28,001 nucleotides of DNA from Kiritimatiellia bacterium (GTDB taxonomy: Bacteria; Verrucomicrobiota; Kiritimatiellia; RFP12; UBA1067): contig JAZOTG010000143.1 of NCBI GenBank assembly GCA_045657505.1, positions 1 to 28,001 of the forward strand, written 5' to 3'. Below are positions 24,093 through 28,001 of this stretch, piece by piece. The position numbers and the translations under genes were made by a program. Below the pieces are notes generated by a model, which did not search any database, had not been told where the DNA came from, and worked only from the letters and a program-made list of their open reading frames with translations. Positions within the stretch are counted from its first letter, which is position 1. Each line of letters opens with the position of its first letter.

Positions 24093-26318
24093 TTAATTCC
24101 CACTTGCTTTTGCATTTGGCACAGGTTTGCGCACGAACACGTGGAGCCATCCGTTCGCCGGAATCTCCACCTCGACATACGCCCTGCACCCCGCATCAAG
24201 CTTCACCAAGCTGAATGCGGCTCCGTCGCCGACCGCGATTTCCGCGGCGCCGGAAAGACCTGTGTAGTACAGCGGCAACGAGACATTGCGCTTCACGACA
24301 TTCGCGAGCGGATTGAACAGGGACGCTATCGCGCGCACTCCGCCGCCCGGATCGGGATCGACCATCATCCATCCGTCCCAGTCGCGGCCGTCAGCACGCC
24401 TGAGGTGTATCATGTCGCCGTCGAGGATGCGCCTGTTTTCCTTATAGAAAGTCACCCACTTCTTCACCATTCCGAGCGTTTCCGGCGAATCGTACAGCCT
24501 CGGCCCGCGCCAGCAGGCCTGTGCGCCCGCTCCGAGCAGATTGGCGAAGCGCAGTTCGTAATGGGCCAGATTTTTAGAAAGCGGCTCCACCGTCGCCGCC
24601 GACCCGCCGCCGTGGTATTGCGCGAGCGGCACGAACATCCAGTGCATGGACGTGTTCCACGTCCAGCTGTTGTCGTAAACGTTCTGCCTCTCTATGATCG
24701 TCTGGTAATCACGCGGAAGCGACCAGTTCGTCTCGCGGTATCCGCCGGCGGTCTTGTTGCCACCCTCGAGGAAGTAGCCGTCGGGCTGGTTCACGTAGAT
24801 GCCATTCGCACGGCAGAAGCGGTAGAGGTCCGACTGCGCCCGCCACTGGTTCCATACAGAATCCTCCTTGCCGTCGTGGTAGGGGTGGTTTGTGGCCGTG
24901 CAGTAGTCGCCGGGGTATGGGCCATCATTCTCGAACACGCCGAAACCCGCCTCTTTCATGAACGAGGCAAGCGTATCGAGATACTCGCGTCCCCAGCGCG
25001 AACAGAGGCACGGCCCCACGCGGAAACGTGGATTGGGGTTCCGCACGTTGTCCGACCTGACGCCCGCGCCTCGCGAGGAAGTGAGCGAATATCCGCCGAG
25101 CGCGATGCCCTGCGACCTGGCTTCGTCCGCCAACGCCTTGTACTTCTCGCGGTACTTCGGGTCTTTCGATTCAAGGTTGAAGCCGGAGCCAAAGCTCATG
25201 ATGACAAGCTCGAAACCCGTATCGACGCATTGTTTTATCGCGGCGCGGACGTTCTCCGGACTCGCCGACGCCTTGCAGTGGAACATCAGCGGGTTTTCGC
25301 TCGTCCATGGCGCGATGACGCGGTACATCCGCCTTATGGAAAGCCCCCTGCGCTCGTGTTCGGTGGAGTCGAAGAGCAGTTCCCACACGCGGAACGTCTC
25401 GAACGTCTCGCCGGGCGCGAGTGTCTTCGCAGGCCCCATATCCGGATAGCACCGCAGGACGTTTATCCCGTCGTAGAGCCACGCCTCCTGGGTCTTGTAG
25501 CCGGGATCGGTCTCATAGTGGATGCTCTGCTGTTTTTCTCCCCGCCAGCCGTAATTGCCGGTCGCACCGTAGTTGCTCTCCACATGGAGGTTGAACGGCA
25601 CGGGCAGCCACTCGCGGTCGAACTGGCCGGAAGGCTCGGCAAGACGCAGTTCCTCTACGGTGAAGGTGTCGAGCTTCACCGCACGGCCCGTGCAGTTGGA
25701 GATCGTCATCCATTTCGACACGACCGGTATCCCATCGTATATCTCGTAGTGCACGGTCACGGACGGAAGCGAAGAGCCGTCCGCCACGGCGGGCGCCTTG
25801 TAGCGCATCGCAAGGTGGCGGCCCTTCGCGGGCCACGACGTCTTACGCGCCGTCCATTCCGGGCGCGGCTTCCACGGGAAACGCTCCTTGACGGCATCCG
25901 TTTCGCATCCGGCAAAGGAGTAGGCCGTGTCGTCGGGTTTCATCCCGGCGATCCACTCCTCGCGGATATAGTTTAGGATAGGCTGGCCGGAAAGTCCGCC
26001 TATGCTGTATTTCTTCCCGTCGAATCCGACGATTCCCTCGGGCGAAACGCCGCGCACGAACTCCTCGTTCGTGGAGAGGCGTTTGAACGAAACTGTCGCC
26101 GCACCCGGCTTCAGCGTCACCACGCGGCGGACAAGGCCGTTGTCCAGCACACAGGCGTCCGCCGTCGTTTCAATCCGCGCCGAATACGGCGATGGATCGA
26201 GAAGCCAGTCCTCTTTGCCCTCGGCGAGTCCGCCTGCCGTGAGGCCGTGTCCGTAAAGATTGACTGTCACGGATATCGCGGCCATTGCCGCAAGAATTGT
26301 CGTCGTCTTGTCTTTCAT
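24093..26318 (-). CDS. Secreted putative alpha-galactosidase (GH36-like, clan GH-D TIM barrel)
   Basis: 741 aa with a signal peptide; L.NGLVRR N-terminus, PWTSENP, MSFGSG, GGYSL.SSR, FENDG.YPGD and YRETNWSLPR. I recall this pattern from Bacteroidota proteins annotated as alpha-galactosidase. Confidence 0.65.
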   Translation of the reverse strand: MKDKTTTILAAMAAISVTVNLYGHGLTAGGLAEGKEDWLLDPSPYSARIETTADACVLDNGLVRRVVTLKPGAATVSFKRLSTNEEFVRGVSPEGIVGFDGKKYSIGGLSGQPILNYIREEWIAGMKPDDTAYSFAGCETDAVKERFPWKPRPEWTARKTSWPAKGRHLAMRYKAPAVADGSSLPSVTVHYEIYDGIPVVSKWMTISNCTGRAVKLDTFTVEELRLAEPSGQFDREWLPVPFNLHVESNYGATGNYGWRGEKQQSIHYETDPGYKTQEAWLYDGINVLRCYPDMGPAKTLAPGETFETFRVWELLFDSTEHERRGLSIRRMYRVIAPWTSENPLMFHCKASASPENVRAAIKQCVDTGFELVIMSFGSGFNLESKDPKYREKYKALADEARSQGIALGGYSLTSSRGAGVRSDNVRNPNPRFRVGPCLCSRWGREYLDTLASFMKEAGFGVFENDGPYPGDYCTATNHPYHDGKEDSVWNQWRAQSDLYRFCRANGIYVNQPDGYFLEGGNKTAGGYRETNWSLPRDYQTIIERQNVYDNSWTWNTSMHWMFVPLAQYHGGGSAATVEPLSKNLAHYELRFANLLGAGAQACWRGPRLYDSPETLGMVKKWVTFYKENRRILDGDMIHLRRADGRDWDGWMMVDPDPGGGVRAIASLFNPLANVVKRNVSLPLYYTGLSGAAEIAVGDGAAFSLVKLDAGCRAYVEVEIPANGWLHVFVRKPVPNAKASGN

Positions 26319-26370
26319 GGTTTCAGCTTTATTTTGTCTTGAAGAACATGGGTTTCCGCCGCGCCGTTGG

Positions 26371-28001
26371 CTACTTGACGATGATTGTAAGCCCTTGATG
26401 GTAAGATACCTTGAGTCCTGTCGAATCAGGCGTGATGCGATAGCCCTTCTCGTAAGACACAGCGTCGAGCGTGAACGTGGCCGACGGCTGCGAATCCCAC
26501 GTCACGATGTAGGGATTCGCGCTCTTCGTAATCGTCTGCAGGTCCGTCCGGCCCGAGAGGTCGACGGTGATCGCCGCGCCGGACGCGAACGAGACAAGAC
26601 CGGCGTTGTTGTTGTCCCTGCCCGCGTAAGTGCCATCTCCGTCCGCCGACCACACGCCATCGCAGTCTGACAGATCAAGCGTCGAACCGTCTTCCATCAC
26701 AATTGGTGGACGAAGCGTCGCTGCCAAATAACGACCATACACATTGACATTTGCGGAAGCATTCGCCCTGTTCCATTTGCAGGTCGGGCTCTTATAGGCG
26801 AAATTGCCAACAGAAAGACCGTCCGAGCCTAAGTATGCCCAACCGGTTCCCGAATATTCAACTGTTGCTGTCCTGAAGTCAATGTCAGGACGATGGCAGC
26901 CAAATCCACCGGAAATAAAGGCTATCGTGCCGTCGTCAAGGGTCTTCACGTAGCCAGCGTTTGCATTGTAGTTTAGATGCGTCACGCTCAAGGTATGTCC
27001 ATTGAGCGTGATGGTGCTATGGGCAGAGGAAATTCCTCCGAAAAACGCTACACCATCGGCGCTGAAGGTAGCGTCGCCGAATAACTCAATTGCACCGAAA
27101 TGCCTTGTCCAACGCGCATTGACATTGCCTGTCTGTATTGCACTTCCGCCGTAAAGCGCAAAGTTGTAGCAACAGGTGGTGTCGTTCTTGTTCGCGTTGA
27201 AGTTGAAAACGGCGTTGTCCTTGAGCGTAACCGTCTGCGTGGCGTTGCCGTCGCCGAACGGATGCGTGACAGTGCCGACCTTGAGCGTCGTGTTGTTTAA
27301 AGCCTCCGTGCCGCCGGTGTAGGACTGTCCCGCCTTGGACGCGATGAACGTGCCGCCGCCATCGACGACAAGCCTGAGGTTGCCCGTCAGCGTAACTGTC
27401 GAGTTCGCGACGCTGCCGCCCGCCGTTGCGACATGCAGTTCGCCGGGTTCGCCGTTGGACGTGTCCTTGATTGTGCCCGCACCGTTGAATGCGCTGATTG
27501 TCACGGACTTGCCCTTGAGGTCGATTACGCCGTCCTCCGTCAGGGCGTCAAAACACGTTGTCATGTCGAGGAACGCAACGCCTGCGGGAATCTCAATAGT
27601 GCCGCAGACGTCAAACCGAGCCGGCGAGACGCCCGCAGCCTTAACGGCAACGTATTCGTCATACGAATAAATACGCACTTCCATGTCCGACTGCACGCCG
27701 TCTGACCACTGCGACGTCATGTCGGTTCCGTCCGCCTTGAAGTACTTCCAACCCGTGCCGACGACGTACCGCGCGTACGAGGGCGTCGCCGTACTCTTCA
27801 CAAAAAGGCCGTTGTCGCGGAACACGACGTCAATCTCCTGCTCCGTCGGCGTCTGCGCCGCACCAGTTGCGGCGAGCGTGAACGACACCGTCGAGAGATC
27901 GGGGGCATACGACGAGGGGAAGGACACGAGCTGGCTGCCCTCCGTAACGGACCGCGTCCCGATGTCAACTGTGTAAGACGCACCGGACGAGAGGAAGTTC
28001 A
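26371..28001 (-). CDS. Partial (5' end beyond window) beta-helix protein with autotransporter-associated beta-strand repeat; no translocator barrel
   Basis: The frame stays open past GTG 27927 to the window edge (...NFLSSGASYTVDIGTRSVTEGSQLVSF). Contains IDLKG, LRLVVDGGGTF...SYTGGT (PATR-like), ITLNGHTL and GSTLDLS; ends GLTIIVK. Confidence 0.8.
   Translation of the reverse strand, partial: NFLSSGASYTVDIGTRSVTEGSQLVSFPSSYAPDLSTVSFTLAATGAAQTPTEQEIDVVFRDNGLFVKSTATPSYARYVVGTGWKYFKADGTDMTSQWSDGVQSDMEVRIYSYDEYVAVKAAGVSPARFDVCGTIEIPAGVAFLDMTTCFDALTEDGVIDLKGKSVTISAFNGAGTIKDTSNGEPGELHVATAGGSVANSTVTLTGNLRLVVDGGGTFIASKAGQSYTGGTEALNNTTLKVGTVTHPFGDGNATQTVTLKDNAVFNFNANKNDTTCCYNFALYGGSAIQTGNVNARWTRHFGAIELFGDATFSADGVAFFGGISSAHSTITLNGHTLSVTHLNYNANAGYVKTLDDGTIAFISGGFGCHRPDIDFRTATVEYSGTGWAYLGSDGLSVGNFAYKSPTCKWNRANASANVNVYGRYLAATLRPPIVMEDGSTLDLSDCDGVWSADGDGTYAGRDNNNAGLVSFASGAAITVDLSGRTDLQTITKSANPYIVTWDSQPSATFTLDAVSYEKGYRITPDSTGLKVSYHQGLTIIVK

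Noticed and set aside
24141-25976. 611-aa plus-strand ORF
   Set aside because: Antisense shadow of the GC-rich GH36-like gene; Arg/Val/Ala-rich with no recognisable motif or RBS.
1-28001. CRISPR arrays, tRNA/rRNA, IS elements, integrases
   Set aside because: No regularly spaced repeats, cloverleaf, or transposase/recombinase motifs seen; intergenic gaps are too short to hold them.

Overview
Almost the whole 28 kb is a single-strand (minus) run of 13 genes that looks like a glycan-utilisation locus. In transcription order: a partial beta-helix/autotransporter-repeat protein, a GH36-like (clan GH-D) enzyme, GH43+CBM6-like, GH106, GH63-like, GH95-like, GH2, two unassigned six-hairpin-type proteins, a 1186-aa beta-helix protein with three inserted LamG-like domains, GH36+NPCBM, an MFS sugar porter, and an AGE-family (N-acylglucosamine 2-epimerase) pseudogene. 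All nine enzyme or enzyme-like genes carry Sec-type signal peptides. No SusC/SusD, TonB-dependent receptor, regulator, RNA gene, CRISPR or mobile element is visible. At the left edge, missed by the ORF track, is a partial putative outer-membrane beta-barrel (TorF/Gcw_chp-like). It has a metallothionein-like Cys cluster and a Fur/Zur-like box next to its start. The protein style suggests a PVC-superphylum bacterium such as Kiritimatiellia (inference only). Best leads: (1) a shared C-terminal G-L-x-I-x-V-[KR] motif on two barrel-less passenger-type proteins, (2) the metallothionein-tipped porin, (3) two unassigned hydrolase-like proteins under their own promoter, and (4) a 26-bp intergenic hairpin that hides the RBS and AUG of an 18-aa ORF. 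All family calls come from motifs recognised by eye, without database searches.
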